Part shown: positions 9,851-19,600 of the stretch, in pieces
How the letters are laid out: each line of letters opens with the position of its first letter
Numbering within the stretch: the stretch's first letter is position 1
Translations under genes and position numbers: made by a program
IMG/VR virus record: IMGVR_UViG_3300022908_000070
Span: 1,185 to 65,184 of that record
From: a virus
Lineage: Duplodnaviria > Caudoviricetes
Strand: one strand, 5' to 3'
DNA: 64,000 nt
Notes under the pieces: model-generated
What the model was told of the DNA's origin: nothing
Database searches by the model: none
Seen by the model: only the letters and a program-made list of their open reading frames with translations

Positions 9851-10507
9851 TCAGGAGACTGACGATCGTTTGTCCAAGATTTTATTAGACTTAATTCGAT
9901 TATCTATTCCCCAAAGAGGTTGTATGTTGCTATAAAGGAAGCATATAGCCTGCTGAGAAGCATCTGTCAAATCGAAGCTATCGCAAGGGACTATGTGATC
10001 TAAATGCCACTCCCCGTAGTTCTGAAAAGACATTCCCTCTGAGAACAAGGCCTGTAGATGATTCATAAAAAATGGAATATCGCACCCGAGCAATACCATT
10101 GTTTGAGCGCTCTTCTTTTCAAGATGAAGCCTAAGTAAGAATGAAAGCCTTTTTCTGAGATTGCACTGAATTCTAAAACCGGGGCTCTCGGCGCGCCTTT
10201 GCTTTCTCCGTTCATTGATCCTGTCTTTATTTATCTTGTGCCACTCCCTGGTTCCTTGGCGCCATTTTGCTAAAGATGCCGCCCTCTCTTCCTGAGATTT
10301 TTTATTATGCGGAGGCGAACCCTTTTTGAAGGATGTAATATTTGCCCCTTTCTTTTTATGCTCTGTTTTGGGTTGCCTTGCCTTCCAAGCTGCTTTTGTG
10401 GAATTATTTTTAACTCGAAATTCAATTACCCATGGATCGGCGGGCAGGCCGTTCGCGACCGCCTTATTTGAAAGCGCAATTCTATCTTTTATTTCTTGCT
10501 TAGTCAT
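9851..10507 (-). CDS. HNH-type endonuclease
   Basis: NYGEWHLDHIVPC.SF...YSNIQPLW...N..KSNK. Confidence 0.8.
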   Translation of the reverse strand: MTKQEIKDRIALSNKAVANGLPADPWVIEFRVKNNSTKAAWKARQPKTEHKKKGANITSFKKGSPPHNKKSQEERAASLAKWRQGTREWHKINKDRINERRKQRRAESPGFRIQCNLRKRLSFLLRLHLEKKSAQTMVLLGCDIPFFMNHLQALFSEGMSFQNYGEWHLDHIVPCDSFDLTDASQQAICFLYSNIQPLWGIDNRIKSNKILDKRSSVS

Positions 10508-10511
10508 CGTC

Positions 10512-10982
10512 TTAAAACCTTAGATATCCGATGATTGGTTTACCTTGATGTCTCACCTTCCGTTCTACGGCGTACCCATTTCTTGAACCATCGGCGTTTG
10601 TATTACCTTCGATGGTGTGCAGGGTTCCGTCCTCGTCGATCTTTTCGATAATGCCGGTATGACCCAGACCGTGGCCGAGGTCCATAACGAACACATCCCC
10701 TACGGCTGGGAGCCTCACCTGGCTGCGCGGGCGGTTGCCCCACCCTGTCAATACACCGCCCGTTTTACACATTGGATTGACGAGCCCCAACGAATCCGCT
10801 GCTTTTTGATAGCACCAATACATGAAGGCCATGCACCAGGAGGCCGGAAAGTTGATGCTGACGCTGGCCAGGTATTCCGGTACAGGATCACCAGGTTTCC
10901 CCCAGTTGCTTCCGCGGGGATTCTCTTCCTTGCCTATTTGGGAGATAGCGATTTCCAGTGCTTTATTTGATAGTTCGCTCAT
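10512..10982 (-). CDS. Endolysin, CHAP domain
   Basis: WCMAF catalytic Cys, GHTGII, TIEGNT; start MSELSNK at 10982. Confidence 0.88.
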   Translation of the reverse strand: MSELSNKALEIAISQIGKEENPRGSNWGKPGDPVPEYLASVSINFPASWCMAFMYWCYQKAADSLGLVNPMCKTGGVLTGWGNRPRSQVRLPAVGDVFVMDLGHGLGHTGIIEKIDEDGTLHTIEGNTNADGSRNGYAVERKVRHQGKPIIGYLRF

Positions 10983-11362
10983 ATAAACAGTTGAATAATT
11001 AAGAATATAAGCCCCAGTATACACTCCGTTATCCACGCCCTGCCGCCAAATAGCCGACCTTCTAGCTGGTCAATGACCGATGTTGTCGTTGGACTGGAAT
11101 ACTTCCAGGATAGGCCCCGGAAGAGGTTCAGGGATATATTAAAGACGGCCAGCCGTGAACATGCCTGCGCGGTGACAAAGAGAACCAGCTGTAGGTCGGA
11201 TAGATCAGGCCACACCCACCAGGTTGCGCCGGCAATCAGGGCACCGGCCAGCAATCCCCACCAACCGTGTTGTATAGGCCGGCCAGCTTTTATCAACCGG
11301 GAATGCCAGAAGGCGATACCGACGGTCAGCAAAATCAGGATCAGCTCAGGCAGCCAGATCAT
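10979..11362 (-). CDS. Multi-pass membrane protein (lysis region)
   Basis: 3-4 hydrophobic segments. Confidence 0.65.
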   Translation of the reverse strand: MIWLPELILILLTVGIAFWHSRLIKAGRPIQHGWWGLLAGALIAGATWWVWPDLSDLQLVLFVTAQACSRLAVFNISLNLFRGLSWKYSSPTTTSVIDQLEGRLFGGRAWITECILGLIFLIIQLFI

Positions 11363-11835
11363 TTGTAAAGATTTTGATCCCAGAATACTTTGAGATTGCC
11401 GTCGGCCTTCATCAGGCTATCGTATGTCGCTTTCGGGATCTCAGCCTCTTTAGTAACCGCCCAGTCGATAGAAGAAGCCGCTACAGGTAACAAGAGGATA
11501 GCAAGGATAAACGCCCCAATGCCTATATAGCTCTTCCCGGCCCCTGACAGATAGATGATCCCGAATACGATCAGGGCAATTGACAATCCCAGAAAGACAT
11601 AGCAGACCACCAGCTGGCCGTTCGATTTGGCAAGGGCGTATTTCTGGACCTTTGACGGAACGACTTTGTAAAGGCTGTCGAAGACCAGAACCCTCCGAAT
11701 GATCTTATCAGAAGAGTCGCCTACCAGCTCCCAATGTCCCTGCTGTGAGATGTATCGCTGAGTTATCTTATCTCCATATTTTTGGCATGACGCCAGCAGG
11801 AGGAGAATGGGAATAAGAAAGAGAAGTTTTTTCAT
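11359..11835 (-). CDS. Lipoprotein with two internal TM segments
   Basis: MKKLLFLIPILLLLASC lipobox. Confidence 0.7.
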   Translation of the reverse strand: MKKLLFLIPILLLLASCQKYGDKITQRYISQQGHWELVGDSSDKIIRRVLVFDSLYKVVPSKVQKYALAKSNGQLVVCYVFLGLSIALIVFGIIYLSGAGKSYIGIGAFILAILLLPVAASSIDWAVTKEAEIPKATYDSLMKADGNLKVFWDQNLYK

Positions 11836-11841
11836 GATTTG

Positions 11842-12480
11842 TTATTTGAAGATGAAGATTTTAGCCCCAGCTGCCAGTAAAGCAATTGCGAGCCCCCTGG
11901 ACAATGTCTTGTTGAACTTTAGGCGGAAATTGGCCTTGGTGTAATCGGAGTAAAGGCTTGCGTATTTCGCCCTTTGCAAGGCATAGGCCGTGTCCGCCTT
12001 ATAGAATAGCCCCTGCCAATGGGTGATAAGGGTGTCTTTAATAAGCCCTTCCTGTACGCAGGCATTGACCATTTCCATGGTGATGCTGTCATTGGCTACG
12101 ACAATAGGAAGGCCGGCCTTTACTTCAGCCCGCAGACTATCCCAGTTTACCAGGATAGCAGCCGTGTCTCTGCGAATAGCCGCCGCATCCCCGCTTGAAA
12201 GGGTCTTGCGGACGGCCTTACCTCGATCGGAGAGGTCTGCTCGGAGATTTTGAGACAACTCGCTAAGGCTGTCGAACCTGTTTTGCCATTGTTTTTCCTT
12301 GGTGGTCAGCTGGTCGATGGCGGCAAGCTTCGCCTCCCTTTCTGCAGAATAGGCGGTGGCAAGACTATCCATCATCTTTTTGTCGTCCTTATGGCCCGGG
12401 AGATTATTGCAACCCCGAAAGGCTATTACGAACAAAACGACGGCGCCGACTATTCCGGCAATCAAAAGAACTTTTTTCAT
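11842..12480 (-). CDS. Spanin-like coiled-coil protein
   Basis: N-terminal hydrophobic segment ending FRGC, helical coiled coil, C-terminal hydrophobic tail; in lysis module. Confidence 0.6.
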   Translation of the reverse strand: MKKVLLIAGIVGAVVLFVIAFRGCNNLPGHKDDKKMMDSLATAYSAEREAKLAAIDQLTTKEKQWQNRFDSLSELSQNLRADLSDRGKAVRKTLSSGDAAAIRRDTAAILVNWDSLRAEVKAGLPIVVANDSITMEMVNACVQEGLIKDTLITHWQGLFYKADTAYALQRAKYASLYSDYTKANFRLKFNKTLSRGLAIALLAAGAKIFIFK

Positions 12481-12654
12481 GCTACAGTTTTTTGATGAGC
12501 TTGCCAGTTGCGTCGACGACCGCCTTTCCTTTGGAGATCAGAGAATTGACGGCGGAAATATTGGGGTTGTTCCGGCCTACAAAGAAGCCGAAGAGCCAAA
12601 TACAAACAATTCCGAAAATGATTAAGAATGCCATATGCTTAGTTTTTGATGATG

Positions 12655-13071
12655 TTATTGAGGCTTGCCTGCTGGAGTCGGGGCATCCAGATTACCGGTC
12701 ACCCTATCCGCCTGCGTGGTCTTATAATCGATGGCCGCATTGATCCGGCTATTGACTACGCTGAAGAAACGGGACGCCAGGTCGCTGCCCAAATACCCGA
12801 ATGCCGCGAATATGATCAACGTCAGCAGCGTGTTATCGGCAAAAGATGGATACTTTTTAAGGAAAGGCCCCAGAAGGATCAGCGCCATCCCTACCATAAC
12901 CAGCGTACCAGCTACTGATATCCATATATCGGCCTTGAAAAAAAGCTTCCAATCGAAAATGACATTTGCTAATTTTGCTTTGGTCATCTGACTTTTCAGG
13001 ACCATCAATAGGGATAATATCAGTCCCAGCAGGCTGATAAAAAAGCAGTTGAAATAAAGAGCTAAAGACAT
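12655..13071 (-). CDS. Holin-like protein (3 TM)
   Basis: Three TM segments, hydrophilic C-terminus, upstream of endolysin. Confidence 0.6.
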   Translation of the reverse strand: MSLALYFNCFFISLLGLILSLLMVLKSQMTKAKLANVIFDWKLFFKADIWISVAGTLVMVGMALILLGPFLKKYPSFADNTLLTLIIFAAFGYLGSDLASRFFSVVNSRINAAIDYKTTQADRVTGNLDAPTPAGKPQ

Positions 13072-13074
13072 ATG

Positions 13075-13437
13075 CTATGTTTTTTTTATGAATAGATGAT
13101 CGATGACTGTCTTCGCTATCGTTCCCAGCACAACTCCAAGAGTACCGATGAAAGCAAAGAGATATTTCTGATTGAGCCGGGCGACCCTTTCTATGTCATC
13201 GAGACGGCTTTTCAATTTCACATGCTCCTCAATTATTGCCCGCACCTGGGCTACCATACCCTCCCTGCCCAAATCATCACCCTTGAAGGCCGTCACAAGC
13301 TTACCCACTTCACTGGTGAGCTTGTTGAGTTCCTTTCGGATGATGTATATGTCGTCCTGCGACCCTCTGTAGCGCTCCTCCCGGTCATCTCTTTCTTGGC
13401 TTTCTTCCAGGCTCATTTTGTAGATTATTGCATGCAC
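13075..13437 (-). CDS. Coiled-coil protein with C-terminal TM (XhlA/holin-accessory-like)
   Basis: Architecture and position. Confidence 0.55.
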   Translation of the reverse strand: MHAIIYKMSLEESQERDDREERYRGSQDDIYIIRKELNKLTSEVGKLVTAFKGDDLGREGMVAQVRAIIEEHVKLKSRLDDIERVARLNQKYLFAFIGTLGVVLGTIAKTVIDHLFIKKT

Positions 13438-13502
13438 GGTGATTGAATGGTGGTTTGTCGAAATAATTTAATTCGTCGTTACTATGTCTCATCTGACGGA
13501 TT

Positions 13503-13787
13503 TTACTTTTTCAGGTAGTTCAAAATGATTGCAACTATCACGGTGATGACTACGGCCCAAAACTCTTTCCTGCTTAGAAAGCTTACCATTTGGTCCTTAA
13601 ACTGAGCCCTCCATTCATTTTGCGCCTCAAATTTTTGCGTATTAGTGTCCTTTACTTCTCTTACGGCCGCCATATTCGTAGCCTCTACTTTGTTGACCGC
13701 CTCCCGAACGGCCCGGATTTCTGCCGCCTGGTGCTCTTTAAGCCAGTTTATTTGATTGTCGACATATGCCTTGGTGGATATTTTCAT
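13503..13787 (-). CDS. Coiled-coil protein with C-terminal TM
   Basis: Ends FWAVVITVIVAIILNYLKK. Confidence 0.55.
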   Translation of the reverse strand: MKISTKAYVDNQINWLKEHQAAEIRAVREAVNKVEATNMAAVREVKDTNTQKFEAQNEWRAQFKDQMVSFLSRKEFWAVVITVIVAIILNYLKK

Positions 13788-13788
13788 A

Positions 13789-14874
13789 TTATTTGGCTAA
13801 CGGGATAATCGTCCCATCCGAATAAACTATCGATGAAATACCTGTTGTCAGATCGCTGATTATTTTGACTGCCGTTCGCTGGGCAGGGCATACAACTGGC
13901 GGAGGGCATGCAGGGCACGGATGGGCTGCCACATACGCTTTAATAATGCCTGCGCTATCTGCCACAGGGCAGGGATGTGAGGAGACGTAAGCCTTTATGA
14001 TGCCGGCAGAGTCCACTTTTGGAACGACGACAACTGGCGGAGTAATGACAACCGGAGGAGGTATAGCATTTACCCGGTATTGCAATGCCCACTGGTATAT
14101 GTTCATTCCGTTTTGGGTAAATGCCGGATCGTAAAACTGTCCCCAGCAACAATGCCCACCACTATAGGCTGTTGAAATTCCATAGCCAGCCTTTATGTTG
14201 TTAATATCCCAGGTGACTAACGAAAGCGTATTGGCTCCGTGCGTGTCGGTTGCGGATCCGAAGCCCCATATTCTGACACTATCCGAAACGATCTGTTTTG
14301 CATACGTCGGGCGGTAGGCTGCATTCATAACCGCAGACATAGGGATGAAGGCGGCTATTTTATGCGTCGCCGGCACCTTTACGCCATTGGCATCTATCTT
14401 GCCAACATACTCCAGAATGCCCTCGCCTCCCGCTGAAAGACCGGTAAGATAGATACGGGATGTATCGATGCGGTAATTTTGGATGAGCCATGTGAGGATG
14501 TATTCCAGTTTCGCGGCTGTGGTGGAAGTTCCGGCGGCCGCGCTCTGTGGGGAAACAATAATAAACTTATAGGGCTGTTTATCAACTGGGTTTACGAAAG
14601 ACGATGGGAATTTGCCAGATGCGATAAAATACGCCGGTCCGCCGGCGGTCGTGCTACTATAAATAGCCGCGGGATTGGTACCGGCTTCGCCAATTCCGTG
14701 AAGAAAGACCATGATAGGATACCTGGTTGTTGTCTTACTGTAGTCATCAGGCAGGTGCAATATTGCCTGCTGGGTTGCGGCTGGTCCGATAGGAACTGAA
14801 ATAATAGTCTGATCTCCCTGTCCGAAACAAAGAAGAGAAGCGAAAATGAGAATGATCGATAATAGTTTTTTCAT
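13789..14874 (-). CDS. Signal-peptide alpha/beta hydrolase with Pro/Cys-rich tail
   Basis: MKKLLSIILIFASLLCFG/Q; VFLHGIGE, RIYLTGLSAGG nucleophile elbow, GGH. Confidence 0.8.
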   Translation of the reverse strand: MKKLLSIILIFASLLCFGQGDQTIISVPIGPAATQQAILHLPDDYSKTTTRYPIMVFLHGIGEAGTNPAAIYSSTTAGGPAYFIASGKFPSSFVNPVDKQPYKFIIVSPQSAAAGTSTTAAKLEYILTWLIQNYRIDTSRIYLTGLSAGGEGILEYVGKIDANGVKVPATHKIAAFIPMSAVMNAAYRPTYAKQIVSDSVRIWGFGSATDTHGANTLSLVTWDINNIKAGYGISTAYSGGHCCWGQFYDPAFTQNGMNIYQWALQYRVNAIPPPVVITPPVVVVPKVDSAGIIKAYVSSHPCPVADSAGIIKAYVAAHPCPACPPPVVCPAQRTAVKIISDLTTGISSIVYSDGTIIPLAK

Positions 14875-14882
14875 AATTGTTT

Positions 14883-16640
14883 TTATTTAAATCTGAATGG
14901 TCTTGGTAAAATGAGGCAGTTGGAGCAACGAGTAGGGCCGACCGTGACCGCCGCAGTAGTCGAGTCGGAAAGCCAGCCGTTATCAACAACTTTCAATTGG
15001 AAGGTGTAGGTGCCCGGCGGCACGTTATAGATGGTGTCTTTGGGACTGGTGACAATCCCCATGCTGACAGTATTGCCGGTTAGTTTTGAATGCGTGTAAT
15101 AGCTGATGTGTACATTATCGGTTGAGGTAGAGCCGTCCAGAATAACCGTGCTACCTGATGCCGTTGCAGTAAGGTGCGGTACTGGTTTGGTATTGGCTGG
15201 AGGAGAGTAGACGTTACAACCTGTCGCTCCGGGGTTGCTTATACACCAGGGAGAAGTAGAGTAGGCAGTAGTTCCGCCTGAAAAAGGAAAGATTTCCGTG
15301 AGGAAGGTCCTGTCCCAGGAATTGGCATAGTTTGATCCCAAAGCCCCATTGCTGGGGCTGCCTTCCGAAATACCGTCCGCCAATACAGATCCCTTGTTTC
15401 GGCCTACAGCATAAAGTCTACCGCCGGCGCGAATGAAGTGTTTGTAAAATACGTAGTCATACCCCTCCGACATATCGATAAAATCGGTGATTCCCGGCGC
15501 CATGTTGATCGGCTTATGCACCTGTAGCTGCGCAGTGCTGGCGTCCTGGTTCCATGCATATGGCCATGGCGTTGTTGTACCATAGGGGAAAGGGTCTCCA
15601 TAGGCCGCCCAGTTGATTTCGTACCCGGCCCCTGCCTGTCCACATTCATTGGCCCCCCAGCTCCATAAGCTCCCATCGTTTAGAATGACATAGGTTGTGT
15701 AATAATTGGTGGACAGTTTGTTGATCGGAGAAGGCAAGTTAAGGGCTGTATCGAGGAGTATCGGCGCATTCAGCGGGTTATAGCCGCTTGTTGCCGCGCT
15801 GCCTACTCCCATATATCCCGGCCACAGTCCCCAACCATAAAGCTTGTTGTTCGTCAGGAGTGCATAGGAAAAGAAGCCCCCGCCGGCTATATCCTTAGCG
15901 GCGGTAGGAAGAGTGAGCTTAACCGGTGTCATGTAATTGGTCCGGGAAGTGCTTCCCAAGAGAGAGTTATTCGGCCCGTTTCCGCCCCATGTCCATACGG
16001 AACCAGTGTTGTCCAGTGCAATTACCACGTTTTGGATCATCACCTTGGTGATCACCGTTCCCCCGGGGAAAGGCACTTGTACAGGTCGCGTGTTCACTTG
16101 ACCATAAGTCCCGTCACCACGATAGCCACCCTTCGTATTGCCCCAAACCCACAAAGTACCATCCGATTTTATTGCGTAAATAATGGCGCCATAGCCCGCG
16201 CCCCCGGTAAAGATTGATGAGCCCATGCGCAGTTGGGTGACGCCATTAAAAGGATTACCGAGAGAATCGACGTCTATTTTCCTGAAATAATTCGTTCCAC
16301 CGGAAGTAGATCCATTGCCCCAAGTCCCATCTTCATTATTCCCGGTTATGTACACATAGCCGGCTGCATCAGCGCAGGAACCGGTATGAAGACCTCCAGC
16401 GACAAATGCGACGGAGGGGGAGGCTATTGTTGTCCCGGCCGAATTTTGGAACTGGGCGGCTGTAGCGTATCCAATATTTTGAGTTGCCGATCCAATCCCC
16501 AGCCCGGTCCCCAGCGCATAGAGAACATGCGAATTTTGATCGAGAATAAAATTCTCATACTCGCCATTGCCGATTTGGTATGGTGATTGCGCAAAGCTAA
16601 AGACCGGCAGAAAAAGTAGTATGAGGAGGAGTCTTTTCAT
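14883..16640 (-). CDS. Signal-peptide RCC1-repeat protein with C-terminal PKD-like domain
   Basis: MKRLLLILLFLPVFSFA/Q; repeated DGTLWVWG.N/GSVWTWG.N/DGSLWSWG.N; VILDGS.S.D...GTYTFQLKVVDN. Confidence 0.8.
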   Translation of the reverse strand: MKRLLLILLFLPVFSFAQSPYQIGNGEYENFILDQNSHVLYALGTGLGIGSATQNIGYATAAQFQNSAGTTIASPSVAFVAGGLHTGSCADAAGYVYITGNNEDGTWGNGSTSGGTNYFRKIDVDSLGNPFNGVTQLRMGSSIFTGGAGYGAIIYAIKSDGTLWVWGNTKGGYRGDGTYGQVNTRPVQVPFPGGTVITKVMIQNVVIALDNTGSVWTWGGNGPNNSLLGSTSRTNYMTPVKLTLPTAAKDIAGGGFFSYALLTNNKLYGWGLWPGYMGVGSAATSGYNPLNAPILLDTALNLPSPINKLSTNYYTTYVILNDGSLWSWGANECGQAGAGYEINWAAYGDPFPYGTTTPWPYAWNQDASTAQLQVHKPINMAPGITDFIDMSEGYDYVFYKHFIRAGGRLYAVGRNKGSVLADGISEGSPSNGALGSNYANSWDRTFLTEIFPFSGGTTAYSTSPWCISNPGATGCNVYSPPANTKPVPHLTATASGSTVILDGSTSTDNVHISYYTHSKLTGNTVSMGIVTSPKDTIYNVPPGTYTFQLKVVDNGWLSDSTTAAVTVGPTRCSNCLILPRPFRFK

Positions 16641-19600
16641 TATTGCATAATTATATAGTCCCAAGAATAATTAGTGCTCGCCGCTATGGTATCGCTTCCT
16701 TGAAGAGTTATCGTCCATGTTGTGCCAGAAGTATGTTGAACATATACATGCGCTATCGTTGGAGATGTTGGCTGAAGGATAACTACGTATGTAGCACTTG
16801 TTGGCATTGTGAAGGTGGCGATTGTCGACCCGGTTCCGGTTCCGGTTCCGGACGTAAATTGAAATGAACCTTTTATGAGATTGCTTCCACTGCCCATTGA
16901 GCTTGGAGCACCGCCGCCGCCAGTTGGTACGGCCCCTCCTAAGCTAAAAGAAGGCGCCGATCCTGTCGTAGTGATCGTAGAAAAAGGCATCGAAGACCCT
17001 CCTGAAAGCGACGATTGCGATACCCACTTCAATTCTCCTGTACCTGTTACTCTGACAAGCACCGAATCGCCAGAAGAGCCTGTCGCAGGCGTTTGAAGCA
17101 TGTAATGTTTTCCCAGTCTGTCGATTTTGAAAAGTGGAGTACTACCGGCTCCAAATTGGACATTGTTGCCTGTTGATACCTTAAAGGAAGAGTCCGATGG
17201 ATCGAGTCCTGCATAGTAATCTCTACCCCAAACTGTGCTCCTAAAAGTGAGCAGAGGGGCACTATTGCCTGTAGTTCCGTTGGATTCAAAATATCCATTA
17301 GCATAGGCCCCTGATGCAGAAGAAGTGTTTTTAAGATAATATTGCAATCCGGATGAAGCCGATCCATTAGCAGCCATATGTTGGTATGTGCCAGACACTA
17401 CAAAAGAAGAGGCGTTAACGCCTATCTCGCCAGCATACGGGATGATATCAATCCCATTGCCTGATGTTGTATTAGCTCTAACCGTTGAATTGAATTGAGC
17501 ATTGAGGATAGTGTTACCGCTTCCAGAATAATTGAATTGAAGAAAAGTATTAGCGCTTACCTCATTGTCTAGTACAGCCCTGAATTGAAGCGAAGCGCTA
17601 CCATAAGGTTTGTAGATATCAATTAATTTTTGATTTGTCGAACCAGTGGGATCGTAAAAAGAAATTAAGTTTCCGAATTGATTCCACCCAACTGTCATTC
17701 GGGCGTTTTTTTCTGAGGTTATGCCGCCGCCGACGTCTACAAGATTAGCGCTTAACTTATCTCCAATATAACTATGGTTCAAAACATTAAAGCCGCCAGT
17801 TTGCGGATAAGCTGTTTGATTCATTACCCCAATCGAATCCTCAGCAGTCATTATCCGGGCATCCGTATTATCATTTCGACGGACATGGAGCCCGTTACGC
17901 ATGTAATAGACCATCCCCGGCGCAATTGGCGTATTAGTATAGCTGACAACAGCTAGACTATCTGCCTGGTAATGGTGATAATACCCCAGCGTGTCCGGGT
18001 GTATGCCATCAGTATAAAGATCTGTGGCGATATTGAAGTAGGTATTGACATGAGAGACCAGGATAGGGTATCCTGGCAGCGTCTGCGCTTTTAAAGAATC
18101 GATCCGGCCATTGAGTGTATCCTGCAATGCTTGTGTAGAATTAGCGGGAGCAGTGGCGTATCCCGTCGAGTTCATATGCGTCGCTTGAATCAGCATGATG
18201 CCATACGCCTTCTTTTTATCAACCAAATTGCCCACATAGTCCATTATGAAAAGCCCCGATCCCGTCTTAACGATCTTTAGAGTATGTGCCGCATTTGTAA
18301 GCCCGGTGATAAAAAAGGCCATCGGGATGCAATCGTTCGAATAGCTGGAGACATCTACTTTACCGTCGGACTGCTGAACAGTTGTACCGGAAAACTGAAG
18401 GACATTATCTATATAGACCGAAAAGGCACTCCCGGTATACCCGTTGAGCCCCGAATTACCCAATGGCACCAGGAAAACCGTGGAGTCGGTGAACTGGTAA
18501 ACCAGGGAGTCGTTGGCTGTGCTGGTGTATGCGGCGTTGGTAAACTTACCTGTCTGCAGAGTAGCATCCCACGGAGTAGTCCAGCTCCCGTATCTCGTCA
18601 CGCCAAGCCCAGTACTACCCGCCGGCACCTGCTTTTTCGCAAACTGATTCGCTATAGCAGCCTTCATGGCATTAAGGACTTTCTGAGAAGTAGGGCGGGG
18701 TAAGCCATTTTGCCGCACATCGTTAAACTCACCGCCAAAGTTCGTAAAGGTGGAGTGACCCGGATTTACTTGTTTGTTCATGTTGGCAATAGCTGTCGCT
18801 ACCCCGGTTGAAGACACTGAATAGTTTTTCTCTTGTACATGCAGAACTTTCGAAGCCAGTTGATAAGACCAGCGGATTGTTGTATCCGTATAGGGGTAGC
18901 CGACACCGATGGAGTTATCGAACGTGCTCATTGTGGTTGGATAAAGTAGTCCCCCTAAATTCGTGTATTGAGACGAGTCTATATAATCGAGGTGGGTTCT
19001 GGAAGAATCGGAATTGAGCGTACCCGTTGTCTTGTTAACCTTCAGGTTTGTCACCGTTCCGAAGGCGCCAGAATTATTTATCTGAATCTGTCCGTCTGAA
19101 GCCGCCGGCGTGCCCGATGACGCCGATATAACTGCTCCCAAGCTATCTATTACCTTCCTGGTCCTGGCCAGCGTAGTATACCCAACGCCAGATGAGTCTC
19201 CTTTATGTAGAATGATCAGGTTAAGGCTATCCAGAGTCTTGTAGAGTCGCTTAAAGGTGGCATAAGAAGTTGAGTCTTTTATCTGGATGTACTTTCCCTG
19301 GTTGAAGCCATCAGTATGAAATCCCCCGCCCTGAGTCGCTGCAGAGTCAAAAGCGGCTGCTGCCGGATCAACGTAGACGGTTACTGTGCTATCCGGATTT
19401 AAATACACATGGGCTGCTCCGCTATCAATTATGCCTTTAAGAGCTATCACACTATCGTGACCCCGACCGAGCATGATACCTCTTCCTCCATCCTTCTGAA
19501 AATAGATATTCGCCTTTGTCCCCGTATCCACTTTCCCCAGCAGGAGGTTATTAAACACTGCCCGTAAACTGTCTGCGACCTTATTTGTATGAGCCACTGT

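Noticed and set aside
9851-10507. HNH gene as part of an intron splitting the endolysin
   Set aside because: CHAP domain appears complete with its own stop; no downstream exon evident
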